Part shown: piece by piece, positions 24,040-37,700 of the stretch | Layout of the letters: each line of letters starts with the position of its first letter | Position numbering within the stretch: position 1 is the first letter of the stretch | Origin: Macrostomum lignano | Taxonomy: Eukaryota | NCBI GenBank assembly: GCA_002269645.1 | Contig: NIVC01001569.1 | Span: forward strand, 203,392 to 267,391 | Direction: 5' to 3' | DNA length: 64,000 nt | The notes under the pieces: model-generated | What the model saw: the letters and a program-made list of their open reading frames with translations, nothing else | Databases searched by the model: none | What the model was told of the DNA's origin: nothing | Position numbers and translations under genes: made by a program

Positions 24040-25779
24040 TATAATGGGAGTCTCAAAAAGTTAGTGTGGCCTTAATTAGTTTGCTAAATGCAGCATCAGA
24101 TTTAATTTCAGCGACTAATTCCAGAGAAATAGATAGATCGAGATGTTGCTTTTAAAACTTCCCTTAAGTTAAGATTTGATCCAATGCGACAATGTAAGCC
24201 TGGTCATTATTTAGGAAAGTCTGAGAAAGTCTCAAAGAAGACCCTAAAAATTTTGTCTTCAATGGCTATAGATGCATGTACAAGGAGATTGTCTACTTCC
24301 ATTTGTAGAGGGCCGGGGGGATTGTGTATGCATCTCCCATAGGGTTCTGATGGGAGAGTTAAAATCGCTTTGGTGTCCGTCCCCTTCGATCTTTCCAGGC
24401 CTCTGACAGGGAGAGGGGGACACCGCGCCCCGCGTTCATCTTGGCCATCCCTAGTTTACTAAATTATCGGGATATAAAATTACAACCAACTGGGTTCAGG
24501 TCGATCAAGGCTTTTGAACTTAATTGATTTTCTAATTTTTTGGATACTATAGATGGAACAGAGCTTGAACAGATTGGGGTCTTAATTATTTGATTTTTTG
24601 GATCGATTTCTCGAATTAAGAGTACAGTGTAACAACTGGGAAACAGGAAACTGCATGCGTGCATGATTAAAATGTCAGTGCACATGTATGTAGTTCTAAA
24701 TGATACTCTACAACTATACCGAGCATAAGATAGAATGCCAACATCGCAGCTCTGATGTCAAAAAATGCTGCTTCTTTGACCCTACTTTCTGAACATAAGC
24801 ATGCCAGTCTGCTCTTGTAGACCGCCTGCACAATCTCAATGCAAGAAGCAAATTATAAACTCATAGACAGCTGTACGTCTCCGGTAATGTTTTCATCCAG
24901 TTTCAAACGATGAAATACATAAGCATCAATACAAAACTGATTACTCGTGTAACTAAAGAAAATCTGAAACTGTCGAATAGACAATTAACTAATAAATGAT
25001 TAGCGGGTTAGAAAAGCAGTAGGATGAAGGGCCTAAGCCGCCAGTTTAACTTGTATTTATACTAACAGAATGAACAGGTTAGTTGTATATCTATGGTGAA
25101 TTAACGATTGAGATTGTCTGTGGGGAAGAGCATGGCAGACGAAGGCAGCCGGCTAACTGAAAAGTACAAGGCTAAATTGTAAAACAGAAAGTACAAATAA
25201 TTAGAGGATGGAAATCCGACAGAAACTTTACGTAGAAAACATCGAATTTAAGCCTTTAGTTAGGGCGCTGGCCGTAAGGCAAATTTATTGCCATGCAACA
25301 GAAATAGGCTGCCGGTTTGCACGAAATTGGAACCCTAACGGCTTGATTTCTCTTAAATAAAAACTAGTTTACTTGAATTGTTTTCTGAAAGCTAGGAAAC
25401 AAAAAAATATTTTCATTCCATCTTAGTTTAACTTAACTTCGATTAGTTTAATCTTGTACCGTTTAAAATAGAGATTTAAAACGCAGGCCGGAGCGTTGCG
25501 CCAGCCCATTCAAACAAAGGTTTAAATTATTTAGAAAATTTTATTCTAATGAGCAAAAAAATTCAGGAAATTAGTTTTTCATAAAACTCCATCAAATTTT
25601 ATGCAACCCTTTGTAGGGGTGTGGATTTACCAATTTGACGCGGCTTAGGAGCCTGGGACGCGACTAGCGACATGGAATTTTTTTAGTGACTATTTTTTAA
25701 TCAGCTTCTGAATTTTCCTTAACAACAAACCACTCATAATTTGATATCTCAAAAGGCTAAAATAATTTCTCCAAGCAAC

Positions 25780-28700
25780 ATGGTAGAAGACGAAACTGAA
25801 TTCAGAGATTTGATTTCCCAGACTCTTGAAAACAATGGTGTACTAGGAAAAATAAAGGTATCTTCTTTTTTCTTGTTTTTGACTTTCTTTAATTCCTATA
25901 TCCTGGCCAGTGTCCTAAAACTTTGAGTAGTACTCCTAATGTTTTATACTTGAGTTTAGTTTAATCAATTCTATTAGTTTTAATACTATATTATGTAACA
26001 AATGCTTATATTATTGTACAGGTGTACAAAATATTATTTTTCAAAATTAACAAGAATTGCAAACTGTGCATATTTTGTGTAATACACTACTAATACTTAT
26101 GATAGTAACACTAAAGCATAGCTAAGCTTTTCTACTAGTAGTAATAATGCTAGTCTTTAAATTATGTAGGGATGTTTTGTGGTAATAATGAGGGATGTCC
26201 CATTCCTAATATGGCTAATAGTTCCTATAGTGTTTGCTCTAGCTCCTTATCTCAATACTTTGACTAGGCCTAATTTTTATTTTTTGTGTTTTTACCTTAA
26301 GATAATTTGCACAAAGATATTTTTCTTCTAATTTCCTTTTTATATCTTTCTGTTTAAGAGTTACATTAGGAAATATGAAAGGTTAGTATTTTAGGGCCTA
26401 GCTAGTGTTATAGGCAATGGCTAGAGTTCCCGCAGTGGTATGTACTTATATTCCGGTAGTGCAATTTATAGGTATAATATAGCAGAAACACTTTACTTTT
26501 TAAAGGGTGGTTGATATTAAGATTTTATTCAAGGTAAGATCAAAATGAAATGATGAGATTCAAATCAAGATACTTCTAATATTCAAGACTTCATTAGATA
26601 ACTGCCTGCAAAAGACTGCCAGATCCATTAGTAAATGGGTTCTAGTGCCGGAACCCTAGCCATTACCAGTGTTATATAACTTTAAAAGATTGTATTTTTT
26701 CTATCAATTTTTACAAAAATAATTTTTAATTTGTTAGAAACTATTTATCTTTTTTCAACTCCTGGTAAAATTAGGCCCTAGCATTAAAAAGATGGCTAGT
26801 CATAGATTGATCTAATCTAATATATCTAAAGTAGCAACCCCCCCTCCACCGGCCCTGTCTGTCTGTGGGTATGTAACAGGTTATCTCCCAAAAGGCTCAA
26901 CCGATTTTCTCCGTTTCTTCGCCAAAAGATGTCAAATGTGCCCGGGACGGTACATGTAATTTTATTAAGCTCTAGCTCAATGCTAAGGGGATTAAATATT
27001 CGAAAAACTGTTTTAAATGGCCTTTTTAGTGTATTTTTTTATCAGCCTGCGCGCAGCAAGAAACTTCACAGCCAATTTTAATGATTGCGCCAGAGCCAAC
27101 TGATAAGAAAATTCACTTTGCCCCACTGCCCAGATAATTACTCTATTTAACTTGCGTAACCAATTAAGGGGGGGTATAATAAAAATTCTGGATGCTTCCA
27201 TCCAATATACTAAAAATCAAAACTATGTACCTACCTACCTATATATAGGAATCTTCGTTTAACTTGACTTTGCGTGGTCCGAATTTCGTGGGGTTTTCTG
27301 CATTCGATGCGTATTGATGGTGCGCTGGTACACAACATTTTGCTAAGAAATTGCTTCATTTTTTCGGGATTAAATATTCAAAAACTCAATTTTTGCCCCG
27401 TTTTTTTAAGTTCAAACAGTTCTTTCCAATTGAGAAGCATTCTGACTGCCGATGGAATTGTATTGCATCATAACTCAGTGCCAACTATAGCATTGGTTCT
27501 CTACACTGGCGTGGAGAGCTATAAGCGTTGAAAGGTTGCGCAACACCTTTTAGTTATTGAATTGAGGGGCGGGTATTGCCATTCAATGAGTCCCGGGCAT
27601 TGGCTTGGTTGTGAATTTCAATGCATCAACTGCAGGCCTCTCACTGTAGCTGGCGCTGAATGTACACCTTATGAATTTGACTGCTTTAAAGCAGGAATGT
27701 CCAACCGTTGTTTGTGCTTCGAGTTTTTCACTTTCAGAAGAGAGCCTTATATTGCTGGAAAGAGCTAGAAACGCTGAGTTCGAGAATATAATCTGTTTGC
27801 TGAGATTTGAAAAACTAAAAGCACAGCATAAAAAAGAGATTTCTATACTTTTTACTCTATATTCTCATTGTACGCTCTCTCATATTGCAAACCCCTGCTT
27901 ATCGCAACTCCACAATTCAAGCCAGCGCCATTAGATCTAAATTTAGATTGCGTAACCATATTGTTGACTTTAATTGTTGACTTTATTAATTGAAACTGAT
28001 ATTGACTGCCTGAGAAATTGATTACGTCGTAACTGCTTCGAGTGATTTCTACTCTATGCTTGGAGTTTTCAAAGTGTTGAAATATATAATTGCTACAATT
28101 CATGTTATCAAAACGATGAGAGCTAGCCTAGAGGTAAACAGACTGAACTGCTAATGCAGCGACGTGGGTTCGAATTTTTAGAGTGTTGAATTTTTTTATT
28201 AAAAAATTTAATTTAAAGAAAGCTTAAGGAACCTTTAAAATGTCAAGTAAATCATGTAAAAGAGAAGAAGCTACGAGCGTTTATGTAGTATAATCAAAAA
28301 TTTTATTCAACTTTAAATTTTGAAAAGTTTTAAAAAGGACTATTCCAATAGATAAGAAATTAATTATTGTAATAGCTGACGAAATTATTTCACAATCTTG
28401 CTGATGTTACTTTCTATCAGGGGATGCTTGCTATCGGAAGGACGCTTGCTTTTGGGAATGCTTGCTCGGGGGAGATTGCTAACTGGGGGAATCACTGAGA
28501 TGTCAAGGCTTGGTGGGGAAATTCCTGAGATGTCAAGTCTGAGAGGGGGGAGGGAATTGCTGAGATGTCAAGTCTTCGGGGGAATCACTGAGATGTCAAT
28601 GCTTAAGAGGGACTTGCTGAGATACCAAGGCTTGGTGGGGAAATTCCTGAGATGTCAAGTCTTGGGGGGGGGGAATTGCTGAGATGCCAAGGCTAAAGAG

Positions 28701-31700
28701 GGACTTGCTGAGATGCCAAGGCTTAAGAGGGACTTGCTGAGATGCCAAGGCTTAAGAGGGACTTGCTGAGATGCCAAGGCTTGGTGGGGAAATTCCTGAG
28801 ATGTCAAGTCTTAGGGGGGGGGAATTGCTGAGATGTCAAATGCTTAGAGGGACTTGCCGAGATGTCAAGACGTAAGACGGAATTGCTGAGATTTGAAGGC
28901 TGGGGGGGGGGAATTACTGAGATGCCAAGGCTTGAGGGCGAATTGCTGAGATGTGAAGGCTTGGGGGAATTTCCGAGATGTCAATGCTTGGTGGGGAAAT
29001 TCCTGAGATGTCAAGTCTTAGAAGGGAGGAAATCTGTGAGATATCAAGTCTAAGGGGGGAATGCTGAGATGTGAAGGCTTGGGGGAATTTCTGAGATGTC
29101 AAAATCTTAGGGAAGGAAATTGCAGAGATTTCAAGTCCTGAGGGCGAATTGCTGAGATGTCATGTCTTTGGGGGGAATTCTATGGATTGGGGATTCTTTG
29201 AATGAGGGAGGGTGCTTTTAATATATATATTTGGATAGTGATTCATTGGGGAATTCCTTCGTTGGGGGATTATTATTTCGATGAAGGGTTCTTTGAATGG
29301 GGGATTCTTTAGATGAAGGCTTCTTTCTATAGAGTGATCCTTTGGATATGAGATTATTTGGGGGGATTCTTTATGAGGGGATTCTTTGGATGGGGAGTAT
29401 TTCGACGGTGGTTCTTTAGATGAGGGGATTCTTTGGCCAGATTCTTTTGATGGGGATTATTTGAATGGGAGATTCTTAAGAGGGGGATTCTTTGGATAGG
29501 GGTGGATGGGGGATTCTTTGGATAGGGATGGATCTGGGGTTCTTTGGATAGGGATGGATCTGGGGTTCTTTGGATAGGGATGGATGGGGGGTTCTTGGGA
29601 TGAGGGATTCTTTGAACGGGGATTCTGTGGAGGTCAAGTCTTAGGGGGGGGGAATTGCTGAGATGTCAACGCTTTTGACTGGGAGAAATTGCTAAGATGT
29701 CAAGATTTACTGGGGGAATTACTGAGATATAAAGACTTACTGGGTGAATTACTGAGATTTCATTGCTTAATGGGAAATTCCTTAGATGTCAAGTCTTACA
29801 TAGGGGAATTGCTGAGATGGCAAGACTTACTGGGGAAATTACTGAGATATAAAGGCTTACTGGGGGAATTTCTGAGATGTCAAGGCGTGGGGGGGAGATG
29901 TCAAGGCTTAAGGGTAATTTTTGAGATGTCAAGTCTTGGGGAGGGAAATCACTGAGATTTCAAGGCTTGGTAAGAATTAAGGCTAGGATTTCAAGGCTAA
30001 CTGCGGGAATTACGGGCGTACTGAGATATCAAGGCTTGCGCCAGAATCGCTGAGATGTCAGAGCTTAAGGGGAAATTGCTGAGATGTCAAGGCTTGGGGG
30101 ATTTCTGAGGTGTCAAGGCTTGGGGGAATTGCTGAGATATTAAGTCTTGGGGAAATTCTATGGATTGGAAATTTTTGGTTGAGGGGTGCTTCTAATGAAT
30201 ATTTTTGGATAGGTGATTCATTTGGAACTTCCTTCGATGGGGGATTCTTTCGATGAAGGGTTCTTCCGATAAAGGCATCTTTTGGATTGGATTGGATTGG
30301 ATTTGGATTGTTTGGACGGAGATTATTTGCATGAGGGGATTCTTTAGATGGGGGATATCTGGATGGGTGTTCTGTAGATGAGGGGATTCTTTGGCCAAGG
30401 ATTCTATTTGGATAGGAGATTCTTTGGATTCTTTGGATGGGGTTTCTGTTAATGGGGATTATTTGGATGTGGATTCTTTAGAGGAGGGGGTTTCTGGAGG
30501 GGGATTCTTTGGATTGGGATTATTTGGACGGGGGTTCTTTAGATGAGGGGATCATTTTGTCAATGATTTTTTAGATAAGGGATAATTTGGATTTGAGAAT
30601 CTTTGGATTATTTAGATGGGGATTTTGTGGATGGGGATTATTTGGATGTCGATTATTTAGATGGGGATTCTTTGGATATGGATGGATTGGAGGATTCTTT
30701 AGATAGGAATGGATGCCGGGTTTTTCTGGATAGGGATAGATAGGAGGATTCTTTAGATAGGGATGGATTTGGGATTCTTTGGATATGGATGGATGGGGGG
30801 AATTCTTTGGATAGGGATGGATTTGGGATTCTTTGGATATGGATGGATGAGGATTTTTTGGATAGGGATGGATGGGGATTCTTTGGATATGGATGGATTT
30901 AGGATTCTTTGGATATGGAAGGATGGGGGGATTCTTTGGATAGGGATGGATTTGAGATTCTTTGGATGGGGATTCTGTGTATGGGGGATTCCTTGGATAG
31001 GAAATTCATTGGATGGGGATTCTTCGAATCGGGATTCTATCAATGGGGGGTTCTTTGAATGGAGGATTCTTTGGACATAGGATTCTTTGCATGTGAGATT
31101 CTACGGATGGGCGATTAATTGGATTGGGAATTCTTCAGATAGGAGGATTCCTTGAGTGGGGAATTGTGTGGATTGTGTGAAGTGGGGAATTGAGTGGATT
31201 CTATCGATGGAGGTTCTTTAGATGGCGGATTCTTTGGATAGGGAATTCTTTGCATGTGAGATTCTTTGCATCAGAGATTTTATGGATGGGGGATTTTTTG
31301 GATGAGGGATTCTTTGGATGTGGGATTCAGTGGGGTGAAATTTTATTGCGTGGGAAAACTGTGATTGGAGTTTGGACGGAAAGCCCCAACGGGGGTTGGA
31401 ATTGGCTAGTTGAATCTACTTTGAATGACTAGGCCTAGCCACAATGGCCAAACCCTATCATAGCCAAGGTGTGAACCATGCTAGACACCCCCTTACTTAT
31501 ATATATATAGTAGTGAATTTGACTGTGCCTATATTGCTAGGGGTCAATCTATGCTAGACACTATCTATAATAATGGCCGTTGGCTACAATAGGGTAGCCA
31601 ACTTTTCATGCTAAATGATAAGATATTCTATCAATTGGTCATGGCCTTGCTGGACTTGGATCTCTCAAAGATTTTAGCCCATTGATTGAATGCCTTGCCT

Positions 31701-34700
31701 TTAAGCTCTGAGTGTAGCACAAGATGCACTCTTGTCTTTCCTTAGGATATTCCATATTTTATCCTATCTAAATGACTTAAATGCCCTTTGTTATTTATTA
31801 GCTATAAGCCCACAACCCCTAACATTTAATTCTTAAAATATAAACCTCTAAGTCTTTATTGAGGCTGGACAAGATCTCAATCTTAATCATCAAGATCTTG
31901 GCACTTTTTGCTATCTAAATCTCAGTTTCAAGATCTCAAAAAGTCAAGATTTGTGACTATGTGACTATTTAGAGGTGTCAGAGAAAGGGGGGCATAGGGG
32001 GCTGGAGCCCCCTACCTTTTAGCATGTTCCTGCATGTGTCCTTTTTGAATTTTAAACAAGTGTTGGGGTTTTGGGCTTTGGGGTGATTCCATATAAGTGT
32101 GTTTATAACAATTTTAGAAGAAATAAAGTAGAACTCAAAGTTATACCATTGTAGAAAGTCAAGTTTGACTTTAAAAGAATAATCAATATATATACTTATA
32201 TTATTTTGCAAATTATAGGTACAAATACATTTTTAATGTATTCAACAACACAATAAAGAAGTGTTGTGGTCATAACAATCGAAAAATAGAGGAACAGGTT
32301 TTTAAAGTTTACCTAAAAATTTCTGTGTACTTAGTATATGCCAAACAATGAAACTTCTACAAAAATATACTTGGCAACATTGAAAAGTCACCACTCTATG
32401 CACCAGTGAGCAATTTCTCTTTGACTTTTCTGAACTAAAAGATACGAGAAAACTGATCGGGGTAGCTTTAATCAGTTCAACCCTGGCACACTGCACCCCG
32501 CCCAACTTCATTCCTCAACCCAAGTAGCTAAGTTGTGTCACTTGCAAAGAGACTTTACCTGTACTCTCAATAGTGGCGACCACAAATGAAATCTTCTATG
32601 ATGGGGACTTTTCAATGTTGCTGAGTATATGTTAACATCTGTGGAAAATTTTGGAGTGCAATATTTTAATGATTGGAGAAATTGTAATTTTTTTATCTAA
32701 CTTTGTTTGTGTGCTGGTTATAACTGTTGCAGTCATAACATTTTTTTCTCTCAATTGGCTTATTCCATATAAGATGGACATATTTGGAAAATAGAAAAAA
32801 GTCAATATTTTTGCTTGCCTTATTAGCCTATTTTTTACCAAATGTTTTTATGTGCATTATATACAATCTAAGAATAAAAGAATGGTAAAATGTTAGATTA
32901 GTATGTTATCAATTGGCAAAAAGTCATTTTTGTAAAAATTTGGACATTTTTCAAAGCAAAAGACATTAAGATTTTGTACCTTTTAAAAACAAATAGAAAG
33001 CTTTTGAAGGTTGAAACAAACTATAGATAAAAGTATAGTACTTGCATCATCAGATAAAAGCATTGGTGACCAAATAATCTTATATTTTTAATGTATTAGT
33101 ACCTCAAAGTTACTGAATTGACAGAAAAAAAATGTTACAACCATAATGTTACGACCATAAGGCTGCCTTTTCTTTTGTATCTTTGTTGCCTCTTGAGTTT
33201 ATATATTCTAATAAAAGAGCATGATTTCTAAAGATGTTCTTAGTCAAATTTAAAAAATGTATTGCAGAATATCAAAAATGGAAAATGTTATAAGACTTTT
33301 ACCTTTTAGTTTCTATATGTATATGTCAAAAATCCTGTTGTTACGACCATAAGTGTCATTTAAGGTTTAATAGCATCTATACTAATGATGATATCTATAT
33401 GAAACTCTATAAATATATTCTAGACAAAATAATCTTTCATGTAAAATATTGGTTTAGTATATTCTATTATTAGATTTCATTTTATAAGTAAAAATAGCCT
33501 GTCATGTTACAACCGTGCTTATATGGAATGAGCCAATTCAGTAACTCTGAGGTACCAATATTATAAAAATATTATCAATTATATAGTGGCTAATGTTTTT
33601 AACTGATTATGCAAGTATTATAATTTTATCTATAGTTTGTTTCAACCTTCCAAAACTTTTCATTTGTTTTTAAAAGGTACACAAAGTTAATGATGTCTTC
33701 TGCTTAGAAAAATGTCCAAATTTTTACAAAAAAAACTTATTGCCAATTGATAACATAGGCCTACTAATACAACATTTTACCATTCATTTATTCTTAGATG
33801 GTATATATTACACATTTAAAACATTTGGCAAAAAATTGGCTGATAAGGCAATGGCAGGCAAAAATTTTGACTTTTTCTATTTTCCAAATATGTCCATCTT
33901 ATCTGGAATGAGCCTTTGGCTTTTCTGAGTCTTTAAGTTAGGGCTAAAAGCTGGAGCAAGAGGGCACTATTGCTATCTACACCCTAGGAGATCAATGTAT
34001 ATGTAAGAATAAAGAATGTACAGTGGGTAAGGGTATGCATATTAGCTTGTGCTCCCTTCCTCAAGCAACAAGCCTTCTTTCCTTTCTATATACCCGCCTG
34101 GCTGTCGTAATCCGGTTTTCATCCGGCCTCGTCCGGTTTAACCCGTTTTAGGGGGGGTGTTTCCGGACCAAAAAGATGTTGATCCGGTTTTGATCCGGTT
34201 TTTGTTTCTGGACCAAAAACCGGGCCGAAATCCGGAGTAAAGCCGGATGAAAGAGTTCTCTTTGTGACTCTTTTCATCCAGTTGACTCGTCGATTAAACT
34301 CAAACAATCAGCCGGATCGAAAACCAGATGAAAACCGGAAGAAAGCATATTTTGGTCCGGAATTTTGTCCGGTTTTACATCCGTCCATTGACCTGCCAAA
34401 AGCCGGATAAAGACCAATGCACGAAACGGAAGAAGTCCGGATGAAATACCGAGTTTGGAAAGGGGACTTGGATTTTTTATGAGTATGTAATTTGCAAGAC
34501 CGCGTTGAGTTGTTATTAGGTAAAGAAATATGTAATGAGTGACCAGTGTGACCACTACTGTGTTATTTGTGTTTTTCTGTGCTTTTTTACTTCAAGTAAA
34601 ATAGCTGTGTTATTGTGTTGTTTTAAGAAGTCATCCCTTTTCTGTGTTAAACTTAAATAAACAGCCCAATTTAGCTGGAAGTTTTTCTTCTGTGAAATTT

Positions 34701-37700
34701 ATCTGCCTGGTACTAATTTGTAGCCGCCCAAAAGACAATGTGTCGTCTCATTCTCCATTTCTCCTAATTTGTCCACCCAATGTGAGGTTTTGCCATTCTA
34801 TTTTTGACTCAAGCATGTCTTGTGTATTTGCATTTTTAGCGATACGCAACTTTAACAATTATCTTCGGTTTCAATATATTCAGCTTCCACTACTCTATCC
34901 AGCACAGTGAATTAGAGGTTGGCCACCCTCTGTGCAAGTGCAATATACCTTGCTTTCTTTGAGGTGTTTCCAGCAATTTGTTTTCTTACATTTTCAAAAG
35001 ATTTCGTCTTGTTGTCAACCTTACTTAGTTCTTTAACATGTCATCTGCTTTACCATCCAGTAGACATGTGCATACATTTGATCTGGCATTCATCCGGAAT
35101 TTCGTCCGGTTTCTCATCCGGTGGAGGCGTGCATACATTTTGTCCAGATTCGCTCCAGAATTTGCTCCGCCCTGTTCTCCGCGGCTTTCCGGATAGCTTC
35201 CCGGATGAATTTCCGGACTAATGTTGGTTGAACACCCAGATGAAAGGTCAAATATGCATGTTTTCATCCGGTTTGTAAACTTTTCATCCAGCTCTCATCC
35301 GGTTTTTAAATGGGACATTTGTATTACGTACCGGATGAAATTCCAGACGTCGCTCCAGATGAAAACCGGATTACGACAGCCAGGCGGGATCTGCCCCCTA
35401 TCACCATTTGGTTAATATCATTTTCATATTGTCTGTTTGGCAAAGCCACTCTCATTCCCTTCAAGTTTTACTTTTGTCTGTCCTATCTCTCTGCAGGCAT
35501 TCGTATAGTCCAGAGCACACTGCTCCCTTGTTTTGTTTACCAAAATATGCTTAAGCCTTAAGGGAAATCAAAAAGAATAAAGTTGCAACAGTGTTTGCGC
35601 GTTTCTGATTCCTTAGAGAGAATCCACATTCTCTTGACAACTGTGCATGAGCCACTTCAGGTTGTAGGCCCCATCACCCTCAATGAGGTGTGGGCCTAAT
35701 GCTTTTAGTGCAGGGGTTGGCAACCTTTTTACCTTCACAGCTCAGTTTAAAAATTTAGCAATCTAGTGCATTACTATGGGCCAGAGGAGGGAGAGAGGAG
35801 AAAAAATAGAGAAGAGAAATAAGAGAAAAGAGAGGCAAATGAATAAAGGAGAAGAGAGAGTAGACAAGATAAGAGATGAAATAGGATTGAGAAGACACAA
35901 AATAGAAAAGGAGAGATAAAATAGAAGACAGAAAAGGGAAGGGAGAAGAAAACGGAGAGGAAAAGGGAGATAAAAGGAGAGAAGAAAGGTGAGGAGATGA
36001 GAGAAGAGAGATAAGTAGATAAGAGGAAAGGAGAGAGAGGACAGGAGAGGACTTAAGAAGAGAGAGGCAAGACAAGAGATCCAAGAAGAGACAGACACAA
36101 ACATTGAGTGGGCCAGATTGCTGTTGTGAAGATTCAAAGGATCCGAGGGCTAGATTGAAAGGCTTTGCGGGCCGCATGTGATCTATGGGCCAGAGTTTGC
36201 TGACTCTTGTTTTAGTGTTTAGCCCTTTTACTTTACTCTAATTGACATTCCAAATCCAGAAAATTAACTGATTGGTCTTGCCCTTGCAATTTTCATTCAC
36301 TTGGGATATTTACTAAATAAATTGATAGTGCAGTTTGAATCAGTTGAAAATTTGAACATTTTAAGACTTTTGGCCACTTCCAATTACACACAGAATTGAA
36401 TGTTGGCCTAGTTGTCACAATGTCACAAACTGACATAACAGCAGGAGTTTGGGTGCCATTAGATTCCAAAAACATATGTGCAATGCTCCCTCCTACCAAT
36501 AGCCCCCCACTTTGAAATATGTTCTAACACTGCTATGACTATTGGTGACTACAATATTATTAAATCTGCTAAATATTATATAATAATTGTTTTTACTTCT
36601 ATTATCATCATTGTACATATTTAACAAATAAAAATATTATTGATAGATAGAACAGTGTTGATAGGCCTAATAGATGCTAATTAAGCTTAATCTTGAATCT
36701 CAATTGAATCTTAATTATCTTAAAATTATAGATCTTGAGTTTCAAAAATCTCAAATGTGATATTGGCTAACCCCTAAGTCTTTAATTCCCTAATTAATAT
36801 TTGTCTCTATTTTTCTCTTCATTTATGAGCTACAAAATCAATATTCAACTATTGACTTGTTCCAAATCTTTATCCTATATCAAAGCAACTATTCAAATAT
36901 TTGGATTACCAAATTTCTGATTCCAAATGTTTCAAATAATCTTTCCATCTCTTGCCCCATCTTATTAAAGTACCCTAGCTACACTACTTGATGTGCCAAG
37001 TATATTAGTCTAATATCTAATAGCTTATTTAATTTTAGTATAATAACATGTTTATATGTGTAAATATCTATATAAAATTTTAGTATCAATTTTATTTTTA
37101 TTTAGCTAGATAGTTAAATGCAATATATATTTATATACAAGTTAAGAACATAGATTATATGTAAACATTATATAAAGTATTGATTTGATATATTTTAAGT
37201 ATTTTTTGTATGTCATTTATAAAAAAGCAGATGACAAATTAGTAAAATGGCAAAAAATCTTATCAGCTTTCAGTTTTTAACAAATTTATATAAAAAACTA
37301 TAAATTCAACTTAACCTCTAGCCTCTTTGGCCTATAGGTTTGCCTTATTATATGTACCATACTGTCTTAGATATACTAGCCCCTTAGACTAGCTATGACT
37401 TATAGTATGATGTTAGAGCCAGGGTTAGGAATTGAAACTTTAGTTTTAAGTAATTAATATGGTATCTTTTGCTAACTTTTTTGAATATAAAATATAAAAC
37501 TAAATGTAATGACTTCCACATTTACCTTGTTCATTAATTTTTAACTTTTAATTTTCTTTTATTTATCTATCTATTGTCAAGACTGATAATAAATACAATT
37601 ATATATTGGTAAATCCAAGGAGTGAAATCGTTTGGGTGACTTTCCCAAAGAAAATTTAGGGGGGTCATACCTGCCTAGGAAAGAGAAAAATATATATTCT

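Noticed and set aside
24060-24685. Minus-strand ORF 24464-24685 and nearby coding-like text
   Set aside because: No recognisable domain or consistent splice chain
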